This document shows positions 9,509-19,910 of a DNA stretch of 36,855 nucleotides, piece by piece. The notes beneath the pieces were generated by a model. The model worked only from the letters and a program-made list of their open reading frames with translations, did not search any database and was not told the origin of the DNA. The position numbers and the translations under genes were made by a program. Position 1 is the first letter of the stretch. Each line of letters opens with the position of its first letter. The DNA lies in the NCBI GenBank assembly GCA_038523235.1, contig JBCBJQ010000058.1, positions 1 through 36,855 of the forward strand. The letters run 5' to 3'. The DNA comes from Cyanobacteria bacterium J06626_4. Lineage in GTDB: Bacteria > Cyanobacteriota > Cyanobacteriia > Phormidesmidales > Phormidesmidaceae.

Positions 9509-10963
9509 ATGACCGCACTGCCTATGCCATCCGGTTCATCTTCAAATACGTCTGGGCCCGAGGCTCGCCCCGAGGCTACCCCAGCATTCGCCATGAAAGA
9601 ACTGGTGACCCGTCTGCAGCGGGAACAGTTCAAAATTCAAGATCTGCTGAGTTCCCTCGGTTTTGCCCTACGCAGCCTCAATAACCTCAATCAGTTTTTA
9701 GAGCTGATCCCCATGATTGCGAGCCGCGTCACTGATGCTAGTGGTGGGGCTTTGGTACTGTTTAAGCCCGATGGTCAGGTGCGCTTAGAGCGACTGCACT
9801 GCCAGAGTGACGATCATTGCCAAGAGGTCAAAATGGCACTGGAGGCGGCGACGCGGCAGGTCACAGCCTCATTTTCCCCTTCGGGCAGCGCGATCGATAT
9901 TGCCCGCACGGCGATGCTCTCCTTAGATCGCTATGTGCATCGCTACCTCGGACCTGAGTTTCAGGTGTTTGGTACGGCGATCATTGTCAAAAACGTCGAG
10001 CGCGGTCGGCTTTACGTCTTTAGTCGCGAAGTTGACTATGGCTGGACGGAAACCCGGCAAAAGTTGGTTCGGCTGGTAGCCGATCAAACTGCCGTCGCCA
10101 TTGAAAACGAAGAATTAACCGTCGCCCTGCGCAACAAAGAGCGGATGGGCCGAGAGCTGGAAATTGGTGCGGAGATTCAGCTGCAGCTGTTGCCGCGCAC
10201 GTTTCCCACCATTGAGGGCGTCGATCTCGCGGCTCAATGCCAAACGGCTAACAAAGTGGGCGGCGATTATTACGACTTTATCCCCACCACCTATGATCAG
10301 ATTCGCCATCCCGACACGCGGCAGTCAGCGCTCTCACCCTGGAGCTTTGCCGTCGGCGATGTGATGGGCAAGGGCGTACCCGCTGGCTTGATCATGACAA
10401 TGCTACGAGGCATGTTGCGAGCCGAGGTCTTGCACAGCTTCTCGGCCGCCAAGATCTTGCACCACCTCAATCACGTCATGCATACGGATCTGGAGAATTC
10501 CAGCCGGTTTGTGACGCTGTTTTATGGCGAATACAATCCGAAAACGCGCACCTTAGCCTATAGCAACGCTGCTCACAACCCGCCGTTGCTGTGGCGTGCG
10601 GCCACTAATACCGTGACCCGATTAGATACGGTAGGCATGCTGCTGGGGCTAGATATTGATACCCACTATTACCAAGAGCAGGTGGAGCTGCAGCCCGGCG
10701 ACACCATTCTTTACTACACCGATGGCTTTACCGATGCGGCGAATCCGAAGGGGGAGCGCATGGATGAAGACAACCTGATCAACGCGCTTAAATGGTCATG
10801 CCACAACCGCAACTCGGCTCAAGAAATTTTGGAATATCTGTTTGAGATGCTGCAGCGGTTTGTGGGCCGCGATCGCCATACCGATGACGACGTCACGCTG
10901 GTCGTGATGCGCATCAAGCCCGAACTGCAGCTCAATCTGTTTGACCAAACTGAGCAAGATTAG
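9509..10963 (+). CDS. rsbU: GAF + SpoIIE (PP2C) Ser/Thr phosphatase, RsbU-like
   Basis: ADQTAVAIEN (end of GAF), VGGDYYDF, GDVMGKG, YTDG and DDVT motifs. Confidence 0.9.
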   Translation: MTALPMPSGSSSNTSGPEARPEATPAFAMKELVTRLQREQFKIQDLLSSLGFALRSLNNLNQFLELIPMIASRVTDASGGALVLFKPDGQVRLERLHCQSDDHCQEVKMALEAATRQVTASFSPSGSAIDIARTAMLSLDRYVHRYLGPEFQVFGTAIIVKNVERGRLYVFSREVDYGWTETRQKLVRLVADQTAVAIENEELTVALRNKERMGRELEIGAEIQLQLLPRTFPTIEGVDLAAQCQTANKVGGDYYDFIPTTYDQIRHPDTRQSALSPWSFAVGDVMGKGVPAGLIMTMLRGMLRAEVLHSFSAAKILHHLNHVMHTDLENSSRFVTLFYGEYNPKTRTLAYSNAAHNPPLLWRAATNTVTRLDTVGMLLGLDIDTHYYQEQVELQPGDTILYYTDGFTDAANPKGERMDEDNLINALKWSCHNRNSAQEILEYLFEMLQRFVGRDRHTDDDVTLVVMRIKPELQLNLFDQTEQD

Positions 10964-11273
10964 GGCAGCAGCAGACTGTCTTTTGAACATCCCACTAATT
11001 CCGCCCTCAAACTGGAGCGATCGCCCCTAAATCCAGAAATATTCAGACCGTTAATGCATGCTGACAGTCGGCCCCTACGCTGGATCTAGCTCGCACGTTT
11101 AAGAGAGCTGCGCTTCAATTAATACTTGCAGAACAGACAACTTTTTGTCAGGGTTTTGCCATGTCACCCTTCGCAGTTGTTCGGCCTAATTTTGCCGCTG
11201 CGGGCAGAAGAAATACGTTTTTGAGACGTGGGTATGCTTCAATTCATACCATCAAGCTATGAGGCCCCCAATC

Positions 11274-11534
11274 ATGAACTTGGAGTTACGACTGCTAGAT
11301 ATGACCGAATTCACACCATCGGGAACCGTGGTGGACACAGTCACCGGATTCCCGACCTTGGCAGCCGCGCCCTACCAAGGCACTGCCCCAGTATTAGCGC
11401 AACAGTTTGACCAAGACGTCGTGGGTGATTTGGGCAACGCTCTGAATACCTTTGTCCAATCAGGCCAGATTTGGGCATTGCTAGTCGGCTTTGTGTTGGG
11501 CTATTTGCTGCGTGGGGTGACCACCTACAAGTAG
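11274..11534 (+). CDS. Small hypothetical membrane protein
   Basis: C-terminal FVQSGQIWALLVGFVLGY transmembrane segment; start uncertain (11259, 11274 or 11301). Confidence 0.75.
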   Translation: MNLELRLLDMTEFTPSGTVVDTVTGFPTLAAAPYQGTAPVLAQQFDQDVVGDLGNALNTFVQSGQIWALLVGFVLGYLLRGVTTYK

Positions 11535-11582
11535 CCCTGACATTCTGAAAACGTTCGTATTGACGAAATAGGTAATTTTCTG

Positions 11583-12977
11583 GTGAGTTCCCCTGCCCCC
11601 AAAGCCTGGAGCCAGCGGTTTGAGTCGGCTCTGCATCCGACGATCGCGGTCTTTAACGCGAGCATTGGTTTTGACATTGCGCTCATTGAGCACGACCTGA
11701 TGGGGTCTGAGGCCCATGCCAAAATGCTGGCCAAGACGGGCATCATTTCTGGCGATGAAGCGGATCAACTGGTCGCAGGCTTGGCGCAAATTCGACAGGA
11801 ATATCAGCAAGGCCAGTTCGTGCCGACCATAGACGATGAAGACATTCACTTTGCCGTGGAGCATCGCCTGGTCGAAATCGTGGGAGCTGTGGGTAAAAAA
11901 CTGCACACGGCCCGCTCTCGCAACGATCAAGTTGGCACCGATATCCGGCTCTACTTACGTGAGCAGATTGATGTCATTCGTCAGCAGCTCAGGCGCTTTC
12001 AGCAGGCGCTGCTCGATCAGGCCGATCGCCACCTAGAGACGGTGATTCCCGGCTACACGCACCTGCAGCGCGCTCAGCCACTGAGCTTGGCGCATCATCT
12101 CTTGGCCTATGTCGAAATGGCCCAGCGCGACTGGGAACGGCTTGGAGAAATTCGGCAGCGGGTCAACGTTTCCCCCCTTGGCTGCGGCGCACTGGCGGGC
12201 ACGCCCTTTCCCATTGACCGGACTTATACAGCCGAGCTGTTAGGCTTTGACGAGATCTATCGCAACAGCTTAGACGGCGTCAGCGATCGCGACTTTGCGA
12301 TCGAATTCACCGCCGCCGCCAGCCTGATCGGCGTCCACCTCTCGCGTCTGTCAGAAGAGATCATTCTCTGGGCCTCGTCAGAGTTCAGCTTTGTCAAGCT
12401 CACCGATAGCTGTTCGACCGGCTCCAGCATCATGCCGCAAAAGAAAAATCCTGACGTGCCCGAACTGGTGCGGGGTAAAACTGGACGCGTGTTTGGCCAT
12501 CTGCAAAGCCTGCTGGTGATGATGAAAGGCTTGCCCATGGCCTACAACAAAGACTTGCAAGAAGATAAGGAACCCCTGTTTGATACCGTTCAAACCGTGC
12601 AGGGCTGTTTGTCAGCCATGACGATCTTGCTGCAGGAAGGGCTAGAATTCCAAACCGAGCAGCTTGCAGTGGCGGTGACAACGGATTTTTCCAACGCGAC
12701 CGATGTGGCAGATTATTTGGCGGCTCGCGGCGTCCCCTTTCGTGAGGCGTACAACCTGGTTGGGCAGGTCGTGCGGCAGTGTTTGGCTACGCATAAACTG
12801 CTCAAGGACTTGACGCTGACGGAGTGGCAGCAGCTGCATCCGGCCTTTGAGGCAGATATCTACGAGGCGATCGCGCCCCATCAGGTCGTCGCTGCTCGTA
12901 ACAGTTTTGGCGGTACCGGGTTTGACCAAGTGCGACAGGCGCTGAGTGCGGTTAGAAAACGCCTCACAACCGAGTAG
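11583..12977 (+). CDS. argH: Argininosuccinate lyase
   Basis: [33 protein letters not shown] and [10 protein letters not shown] motifs; GTG start. Confidence 0.98.
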   Translation: MSSPAPKAWSQRFESALHPTIAVFNASIGFDIALIEHDLMGSEAHAKMLAKTGIISGDEADQLVAGLAQIRQEYQQGQFVPTIDDEDIHFAVEHRLVEIVGAVGKKLHTARSRNDQVGTDIRLYLREQIDVIRQQLRRFQQALLDQADRHLETVIPGYTHLQRAQPLSLAHHLLAYVEMAQRDWERLGEIRQRVNVSPLGCGALAGTPFPIDRTYTAELLGFDEIYRNSLDGVSDRDFAIEFTAAASLIGVHLSRLSEEIILWASSEFSFVKLTDSCSTGSSIMPQKKNPDVPELVRGKTGRVFGHLQSLLVMMKGLPMAYNKDLQEDKEPLFDTVQTVQGCLSAMTILLQEGLEFQTEQLAVAVTTDFSNATDVADYLAARGVPFREAYNLVGQVVRQCLATHKLLKDLTLTEWQQLHPAFEADIYEAIAPHQVVAARNSFGGTGFDQVRQALSAVRKRLTTE

Positions 12978-13059
12978 GGAGACTTCAGGATCGGGCTAGA
13001 GGCTCCCCAGCAAGACCGCGCCGCTCGCTACACTGCTTACCCTCACTGGTGGTTCGCCC

Positions 13060-14277
13060 ATGACGATTTCTCTCTGCATGATTGTGAAAGACGAGGCCGA
13101 TAACCTGCCCCGGTGTCTCGCCAGCGTCAAAGACTATGTGGATGAAATGGTGGTGTTAGACACCGGCTCGCAGGATGCCACGATCGCGATTGCTCAGGAA
13201 TTCGGAGCTCGAGTCGAGACTACCGCATGGACACAGGACTTTGCCGCCGCCCGCAATCAGTCCCTAGCGCTGGCGACTGGCGACTGGATTTTAGTATTGG
13301 ATGCCGATGAAACCCTGACCGAGTCCGGCCAAGCCCTCCTACAGCAGGTACGAGCCGGAGCCGCCATTGAGGAGCAGCCGCTAGCGTCGGTGGTGATGAT
13401 CACGTGGTTACGCCATGAAGTAAACACCGATCAGTCCCCCTATTCCGAGGTGTCACGACTATTTCGCAAGCGGGATGACCTGCGCTTTGAGCGCCCCTAT
13501 CACGAAACGGTGGATGACAGCGTAGCGCGTCTGCTGAAGGCTGAGCCCCACTGGCAGGTCGTGTTTTGGCCTGAGGTGGCGATGACCCACACGGGGTATG
13601 AAGCGGATGCGATCGCCCAGCGTGACAAGTTTCAACGGGCGCAAACTATCATGACGGCTTATCTGGCCGAACATCCCCACGATGCCTATATCTGCAACAA
13701 GCTAGGCGCGCTACATGGCAGTTCTGGAGATTGGGAAACCGGGCGATCGCTATTGGAAAAGGGACTCGCCGATACCACTGCCGATGCCGCAACGCTGTAC
13801 GAACTGCACTATCATCTGGGACTGGCCTATCGCGATGCTGGTTTAGCGGCGATCGCCGTGGATCACTATCAAAAAGCCCTGGCACAGCCCGTCGCTGAGA
13901 TCCTCAAGGTGGGGGCTTATCTCAACTTAGGCAGTCTGCATCAAGCCCGTCAAGACTATGCCAGCGCCCATCAAGCCTTTGAAACCGTCGTTGCCGCTGC
14001 CCCCGATTTTGCCCTGGCCCATTTCAACCTAGGCATTGCCCGCCGGGGATTGGGCGATCTGGAAGGGGCGATCGCGGCTTACGAACGGGCGATCGCGCTC
14101 GATCCGACCTATGCGGCGGCGTATCAAAACCTGGGGGTTGCCCTGTTTAAACTCAACCAAATCCCTGACAGCATTGCCGCCTTTCGGCAGGCAGTAGCGC
14201 TGTATCGCCAAACCCAACCGGCAGAGGCAGAGCGGCTATTGCAAGGCATCCGCAATCTCGGCATTCAACCCGAATAG
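13060..14277 (+). CDS. GT2 glycosyltransferase with C-terminal TPR repeats
   Basis: ISLCMIVKDE, DTGSQD, FAAARN and LDADE motifs; TPR repeats (AHFNLG, AYQNLG). Confidence 0.92.
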   Translation: MTISLCMIVKDEADNLPRCLASVKDYVDEMVVLDTGSQDATIAIAQEFGARVETTAWTQDFAAARNQSLALATGDWILVLDADETLTESGQALLQQVRAGAAIEEQPLASVVMITWLRHEVNTDQSPYSEVSRLFRKRDDLRFERPYHETVDDSVARLLKAEPHWQVVFWPEVAMTHTGYEADAIAQRDKFQRAQTIMTAYLAEHPHDAYICNKLGALHGSSGDWETGRSLLEKGLADTTADAATLYELHYHLGLAYRDAGLAAIAVDHYQKALAQPVAEILKVGAYLNLGSLHQARQDYASAHQAFETVVAAAPDFALAHFNLGIARRGLGDLEGAIAAYERAIALDPTYAAAYQNLGVALFKLNQIPDSIAAFRQAVALYRQTQPAEAERLLQGIRNLGIQPE

Positions 14278-14327
14278 AGATCGGGAGCGATCGCGCTGGG
14301 CACACTGTGATCTCGCGATTGCTCGAA

Positions 14328-14987
14328 TCACCAAATCCAGGGCAACAGGCGACGACTGGACTGTTGATAGGCAGCAAAGTCTGGATATTTGTCAGTCATT
14401 GACTGCTCTTTTTGGAGAATTCGCTGGACATAGAGCAATAGAATGCTGGCCGGTAGCACATACGCCCAAGGGGAACCCGCAAGCACCGCGAAGCTGGTGT
14501 AGCGCATCAGATCGCCCAAATAATTGATATTTCTGACCGATCGCCAAGCCCCATCTTTGACAAGCCCTGTGCCCATCGACTTGGCCGTCATTTTTTGCAC
14601 ATCGGCACCGGTATTGATCAGGCTGCCAAAGATGTATAGCGGCAGCACGATCGCGATCGTCAAATAACTAATCGGCTGCGGATTCGTGAAGGCTAAATAT
14701 CCGGGGAACGCGTAAAACACACCCACGAACAAAATCACGAACAGGGTGGTTACGATCCCGACCTTTTCGGTAAAGATGTAGCGGCGACGATCGGGAAACA
14801 GCCACTGCTCCAGCAGCCACCAGACGCAGTAGCTAATGTGCAGACACAGATAAATTAGCTGTCGGGGATCTTGCACGCCATAGATCAGCGCCAACGCAAT
14901 CAGGCACCCAATGGTGCTGGCCTTAGCCACATTAATCGCCGTTAACTGGGTGACTTGAAAGCCGGATGACTCTGCTGCCGTTTTCAT
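14328..14987 (-). CDS. DUF1295 / steroid 5-alpha-reductase-like membrane protein
   Basis: Multiple transmembrane helices, ADVQK, GAWRSVRNINYLGD and YQQSSRRLLP motifs; alternative GTG start at 14996. Confidence 0.82.
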   Translation of the reverse strand: MKTAAESSGFQVTQLTAINVAKASTIGCLIALALIYGVQDPRQLIYLCLHISYCVWWLLEQWLFPDRRRYIFTEKVGIVTTLFVILFVGVFYAFPGYLAFTNPQPISYLTIAIVLPLYIFGSLINTGADVQKMTAKSMGTGLVKDGAWRSVRNINYLGDLMRYTSFAVLAGSPWAYVLPASILLLYVQRILQKEQSMTDKYPDFAAYQQSSRRLLPWIW

Positions 14988-15324
14988 GATGCTCACTCTG
15001 GCTTAACGCCTCGATCTTAATGTTGCAGCCAATACTCTGCACAGGCTGATCAAGATACTTCCAGATTTGCTCGTTGAGACCAAGTCGGTATGTGGGTGAG
15101 ATACATAGAAATGCTATCGCTCCTCGCTTTAATCCGTTTACCTGGATTTAGTCTGGGTTGAAGGACGATCGCTTGAGCCTCAGTATGATTACCAGTTCCG
15201 GCCTGAATCAGTGATCGCCCCGGAGAAGACTGAAGTAGTTAAATAGACATCGCTGATGTCCAAAACTCCGGTTTTACACCGTTCGGTTTGACACCGTTTA
15301 GTCGAGTCATTTAGGAACCTATCC

Positions 15325-16257
15325 ATGCAGTTGCCTTCCGTCCCTTGCCTCGCGATCGCCCTCGCTGCCGGTACGCTGTCACCCGCGATCGCTGCGCCCC
15401 TGACAGAGCTTTCCCTCGGCGATACGCCCCTACAAAATCAAACCCTCTCGGCAGGCGCGATGCAGGTCGTCATCACCGACTATCGGCCCAATGATTTTGC
15501 CACTGATGACCGGGGTGCCCTCAGCTATGAGGTTTATGTCAACGACGAGCTGAAAGCCAGTCACAGTGAAGAGGCTGACTTTATGTTTGCCGACTTCAGC
15601 CTCCAAAATCTCGATCCGGATGGCCTGTCCGAAGTTATTTTTCATCGCTATACCGGCGGGGCTCACTGCTGCAGCATTTATCGCCTGTACTCTTGGCAGG
15701 GCGATCGCCTGCACCGCACCCAAACGTATCCTCTCGATGCGAGTGCTGTCGGTTCCTTTGAAGACCTCGATAAAGATGGCTATAGCGAACTGGTGGGCGC
15801 CGATGGCCGTTTTCTCTACGCCTTTGGCAGCTATGCCAGCTCTTGGCCACCCACGCTGGTGCTCTCGTTTCGGGGTGGCACGCTGATTGATGTCAGTCAG
15901 CAGTTTAGCGACATGATGCGAGCCAACGCTGCCAATATGTACCAGAGCACTTACACCTCAACCTTACAGGAGCCCATGCTAGGTGCGAACAGCATCCTCG
16001 CTGGTTACGTCGCGCAAAAAATCATGCTTGGAGAATATGAGTCGGGCTGGGACTATATGCTGGCCCATTACGACCCGACCGATACTTGGGGGCTTGAGCA
16101 TTACAACACTGCTGGTGAGGTTTCAGAAACCTTTGCAGACTTTCCGGCTGCGCTGGAGGCTTTCTTAATCGATCTGGAATATCTCACCGTCAACGGCACG
16201 CCCAACCCCCATCTCGATCTCAGCCGTAGCATGGTTGAGCAGGAGTCTCTGCTGTAA
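15325..16257 (+). CDS. Exported hypothetical protein with FG-GAP-like Ca-binding loops
   Basis: Signal peptide (..PAIA-A), NLDPDGLSEV and DLDKDGYSEL loops, GGAHCC motif. Confidence 0.8.
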   Translation: MQLPSVPCLAIALAAGTLSPAIAAPLTELSLGDTPLQNQTLSAGAMQVVITDYRPNDFATDDRGALSYEVYVNDELKASHSEEADFMFADFSLQNLDPDGLSEVIFHRYTGGAHCCSIYRLYSWQGDRLHRTQTYPLDASAVGSFEDLDKDGYSELVGADGRFLYAFGSYASSWPPTLVLSFRGGTLIDVSQQFSDMMRANAANMYQSTYTSTLQEPMLGANSILAGYVAQKIMLGEYESGWDYMLAHYDPTDTWGLEHYNTAGEVSETFADFPAALEAFLIDLEYLTVNGTPNPHLDLSRSMVEQESLL

Positions 16258-16371
16258 GCAAGGTGTTCCCCAATAGCGAGAAAATTGCCGAAGTTTGGCA
16301 GTGCCTAGCCCTGACAGCTCACGGCGATAAACAGTCCTCAAGTTGCTTGAACGGCAGTGGGGGCAGTCTTC

Positions 16372-17889
16372 CTAGAGCGCAGGGGGATTAGCCGCGTCAA
16401 TCTGGCGGACTGCGGTCAGCGCCGAATAGCTAACCCCCGCCGTGCCCTCGCCAGGGTGAGTACAGTCACCCACCAGCCACAGGTTAGGCAGCGGCGTCCG
16501 GTTGGCAAAGCCGAAGGGGCCAAAAGTGCTGACACGCATGCCCAAGCCCCCGACCGCACCGCGATCGCGCCCCGTAAAGCGTTCAAAGGTTCGCGGCGTG
16601 CCCGCTTCGCAATGAACAATATGCTCGGGTCTGAGGTCAAAAAACTCTCCCAGCTTAGCGATCGCGGTGTCGGTGTAGTGCTGCTTACGGCGATCGTAAT
16701 CATCCTGCTGCCACGCCTTGAGAGCAGTAAACGAAGAGGCAATCACAGTCGCCTTACCCTCGGGAGCGCGGCCATCGCCGGGGCGGCTGACCGACACAAA
16801 GAGGGAATTATTTTCACCGATGGGGCCGTCGTAATCGTATAGAAACTGTAGGTGAGGCGGGCAATCAGCCGGAATCGCCGCCCGCTCCACTCCCAAATAC
16901 ACCACAAACGCGCCGGAGGAATCGGTAAGTTTCTCAACACGGTGGCGATAGCCCTTGGGCGCATCGTCGCCCAACAGCGTGACCAAGTTTTGCACCATGA
17001 CGTTGCCGACCACAATATCGGCAGGCTGCGTTCGAATGTCGCCCGTTTTTTGATCGCGCACCGTGACGCCTGTGACACGTCCCTGAGTGGACTGAATCTG
17101 CTCTACCGTGTGACGCATCAGCAACTTGCCACCATCACGCGCTAGCGCAGCTACCAAGCGATCGCTCAGCACTTGCATACTGCCTTCCAGATGAAACAGC
17201 CCCTGAGGCGCTTGCGAAACGCCCAGAGCTGTGGCCGCATACAGCAGCGCCGTCTCGTCGGCCCCCACCTGGGAATACAGCTTAAGCTGCAGATCGAGAA
17301 AGGTTTTGAGGCGGCGATCGCCCTGCAGTCCGAAGGCGCGGAGGAGCTGCCCCACCGTGGAAAAGGTGAAGGGTGCGGTAATCAGCGTGTCGGGTCGCAC
17401 TGCTGACACCAGCTGCCACAGATCCCAAGGCGTGCGGGGAGGCAGCACTGGCTCGCGTCCCTGAAAGCGCCAACTGGCTTGAAATAGCGTGGCCAACAGC
17501 TGCCAAAACCGTTCACTGCCCGGAAACTGGCGCTGGCGCTCAGCCTGCCAGGCCGCTGGGTTGCGCCAGACGGAAATCGGGGTGATTTCGCCCGGCAAGT
17601 AAACTGCACAGGCCGGGTCACAGTGGGTTGCCGCCGGTAGCGGGATGTCGAGTTCGGCAAAGATTTGCTGGTGCACACCGCCCGGCTCTAACCCGGCCAC
17701 CTGCGTCGCGCCCACATCAAAGGTGAAGCCCCGTCGCTTAAACGTTGAGGCACAGCCGCCGGGCACATAGGCTTGATCAAATACGGTGACGTCGTAACCG
17801 CGCCGGGCCAGCAAGGCCGCTGCTGTCAGTCCGCCAATGCCAGCCCCGATGACGACGACTCGCTGATTTGTGGAATGCCCGACAGTCAT
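16372..17889 (-). CDS. crtD: Carotenoid C-3',4' desaturase (myxoxanthophyll pathway)
   Basis: VIGAGIGG FAD motif, FDVGATQVAGLEPGG, FLDLQLKLYSQV and GDCTHPGEGTAGVSYSA motifs. Confidence 0.88.
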   Translation of the reverse strand: MTVGHSTNQRVVVIGAGIGGLTAAALLARRGYDVTVFDQAYVPGGCASTFKRRGFTFDVGATQVAGLEPGGVHQQIFAELDIPLPAATHCDPACAVYLPGEITPISVWRNPAAWQAERQRQFPGSERFWQLLATLFQASWRFQGREPVLPPRTPWDLWQLVSAVRPDTLITAPFTFSTVGQLLRAFGLQGDRRLKTFLDLQLKLYSQVGADETALLYAATALGVSQAPQGLFHLEGSMQVLSDRLVAALARDGGKLLMRHTVEQIQSTQGRVTGVTVRDQKTGDIRTQPADIVVGNVMVQNLVTLLGDDAPKGYRHRVEKLTDSSGAFVVYLGVERAAIPADCPPHLQFLYDYDGPIGENNSLFVSVSRPGDGRAPEGKATVIASSFTALKAWQQDDYDRRKQHYTDTAIAKLGEFFDLRPEHIVHCEAGTPRTFERFTGRDRGAVGGLGMRVSTFGPFGFANRTPLPNLWLVGDCTHPGEGTAGVSYSALTAVRQIDAANPPAL

Positions 17890-17893
17890 GAAG

Positions 17894-17911
17894 TTTACAT
17901 TTTGTTACGTC
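17894..17911. promoter_or_regulatory. HLR1-like (RpaB) direct repeat upstream of crtD
   Basis: TTTACATT-TT-GTTACGTC versus consensus KTTACAWW-NN-KTTACAWW; minus-strand -10 TAAACT at 17924-17919. Confidence 0.5.
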
Positions 17912-18116
17912 TGTCCATAGTTTAACGGCAAGCCGGGCTCTCTGGCCGCTGATGCGAGGACATAGTAGAGACCGGTGATCGTCTTCCCCTGGTCTCTTTT
18001 AGCCGCCACTGATTTTTTAGACCCTCAACTATAGGCCACGCCGCCGCCAGACTTGTTGGTAACAGCGATGCATCACGGCGCGTCCTCCCATTGAGCCAGA
18101 TCAGGTTTACCCGCCC

Positions 18117-19070
18117 TCAAGTCAGGGGTAGCTCCATTTGAATGTTGCAGCGTTCGTAGGGTGAGGGCTGTCCGACGACCTTGCGAAACCCCAGCTTTTG
18201 ATACAGGCGGATAGCCGGTTCTAAAACGGTATTACTCTCCAAAAAGAGCGTTTTTGCCCCTAACTCACGGGCTTTGGCGATCGCGGTTTGCCCGAGGCGA
18301 AAACCGATACCTTTACCTCTGGCCGTTTCTGCTACCGCCATTTTGACCAGCTCATAGGTCTCCGCATTCAGTCGTATCAGCGCACAGGTACCCACCACTT
18401 CGCCATCCTGTAGCGCCATATAAATGTGTCCGCCTGGGTTCAAAATCTTGTCGTCTGGATGTTCTAGCGATTGGCGATCGGCCGCTTCAATTTGAAAGTA
18501 TTGTTCGATCCATGCATAGTTCAGCCGTTTGAAATCATCGTGAAAGGCGGGCTGATAATCAACAATTTCCACCGTTTGCTGCTCCCGCGATTTGTGCACT
18601 GCCCGCACCCGCTCAAAAAAGCTGGTTTGCGCCAACAGAAATTCCACCTCTGCGATCGCGTTCCACAAATCGTGCTGAGCTTCTGCCAGCAGGCCTTCCA
18701 CTGCCTGTGTTACATCGGCGCACTGCTTTTCGAGGTTTGGCACCAGTTGCTGACCCATGTCAGACAGACTCACGATGTTGACCCGCGCATCCTGACTGTC
18801 TTTTGCCGTTACAACCAGCCCACGACGACTCATTTCTTTCACCATTTGGCTGACTGAGGGATGGGATTGACCAATGGTTTGAGCAATCTCAGTTACAGCC
18901 GCACTACCCCGCTGCATCAGCACATAAATCACCGGAAACCACTTGGGTTCCAGCGCTACATCGTAGAGCGCGTAGATTTTCGCCCCATCTTCTGTCAGGC
19001 CTTCGCTTACCCGTCGGAGACGGCTACCCAGAGCAACTTTGCCAACTTCAGAATAAAAGTCTCTAACCAT
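18117..19070 (-). CDS. MarR-type HTH regulator fused to a GNAT acetyltransferase
   Basis: ALGSRLRR, EIAQTIGQSHPSVSQMV, D..D.R wing; GNAT motifs KMAV...RGKGIG and AIRLYQKLGF. Confidence 0.92.
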   Translation of the reverse strand: MVRDFYSEVGKVALGSRLRRVSEGLTEDGAKIYALYDVALEPKWFPVIYVLMQRGSAAVTEIAQTIGQSHPSVSQMVKEMSRRGLVVTAKDSQDARVNIVSLSDMGQQLVPNLEKQCADVTQAVEGLLAEAQHDLWNAIAEVEFLLAQTSFFERVRAVHKSREQQTVEIVDYQPAFHDDFKRLNYAWIEQYFQIEAADRQSLEHPDDKILNPGGHIYMALQDGEVVGTCALIRLNAETYELVKMAVAETARGKGIGFRLGQTAIAKARELGAKTLFLESNTVLEPAIRLYQKLGFRKVVGQPSPYERCNIQMELPLT

Positions 19071-19076
19071 AAAATC

Positions 19077-19124
19077 AATTACGTAATTAATTACATATTA
19101 TTCAGCCATCTAGACTTGCGTCAA
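19077..19124 (-). promoter_or_regulatory. Sigma70-type promoter with palindromic operator
   Basis: TTGACG (19124-19119), 18 bp spacer, TAATAT (19100-19095), then perfect palindrome GTAATTAATTAC (19083-19094). Confidence 0.6.
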
Positions 19125-19207
19125 GACATATCGCCATTCATCTTGACAAAGGCTATGCCTGACAGGTAGTGGGCATAGCTCGCCCGAGTGAAATTGTCCA
19201 AACTTGC

Positions 19208-19456
19208 TTAACCTAGCTTCAGATCAGCTCTCGTATATCGCCCCAATTTCGCCTCAGCGTCAAGAACTGCGCGGAGAGCTTCGATAAACTCGTGCTTGCA
19301 AGCTGGATCAGCACTGCCTCCGTCATTTAATAAACTCATGTCGCTGAGTTCGTCGGCTATTAGCCGCTCAGGCAGATACTCCCATCTACGCAGCAAGTAC
19401 TCATATGCGGCTAAATAGGCTTGTTCAACAGTAATTTTGTCAGAATATTCAGTCAT
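19208..19456 (-). CDS. Small hypothetical protein (82 aa), immunity-protein-like
   Basis: ATG at 19456; ITVEQAYLAAYEYL...DMSLLNDGGSADPA helical pattern. Confidence 0.65.
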   Translation of the reverse strand: MTEYSDKITVEQAYLAAYEYLLRRWEYLPERLIADELSDMSLLNDGGSADPACKHEFIEALRAVLDAEAKLGRYTRADLKLG

Positions 19457-19505
19457 TTGCGGCCATGATTTTCGGTGGCTATATGTCGTCTTTGCTATGC
19501 TGATC

Positions 19506-19910
19506 TCAGTCATCCCAATACTTCTTGCAGGCTTGAGACAACATGGCAACAGGAACTGGAATGCCGGTGTCCAGCTCACAAGTAGCATCTAAGTAATCCA
19601 GGCGCAGTATGCCCTCAGTACAGCAGACTGAGATGTGATTCCCCTCCTCTTTCGCACTGAGGATTTCGAGGTCACAGTCACCCAAATGCACAATATGCAT
19701 GACAGATGCGGAACTCTCGAATGGGCTATACACTGCATCGCTACAGCTGCGGAGATGTACCCAGAGAAACTTAGACCCGGTTGCTAGCAACTCACAGAGA
19801 TACTCGATTTCAACCTTCACAGAGATGTCGCCAGGACACTCACCTATGAAGGCGACAATGCTGCCATCGTATAGCACACTCCAGATATCAACCTGAGATC
19901 TCATGGACAT
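19506..19910 (-). CDS. Hypothetical protein in a putative gene cassette
   Basis: 134-aa ORF starting 6 nt after GTTATAT; no recognised domain. Confidence 0.65.
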   Translation of the reverse strand: MSMRSQVDIWSVLYDGSIVAFIGECPGDISVKVEIEYLCELLATGSKFLWVHLRSCSDAVYSPFESSASVMHIVHLGDCDLEILSAKEEGNHISVCCTEGILRLDYLDATCELDTGIPVPVAMLSQACKKYWDD

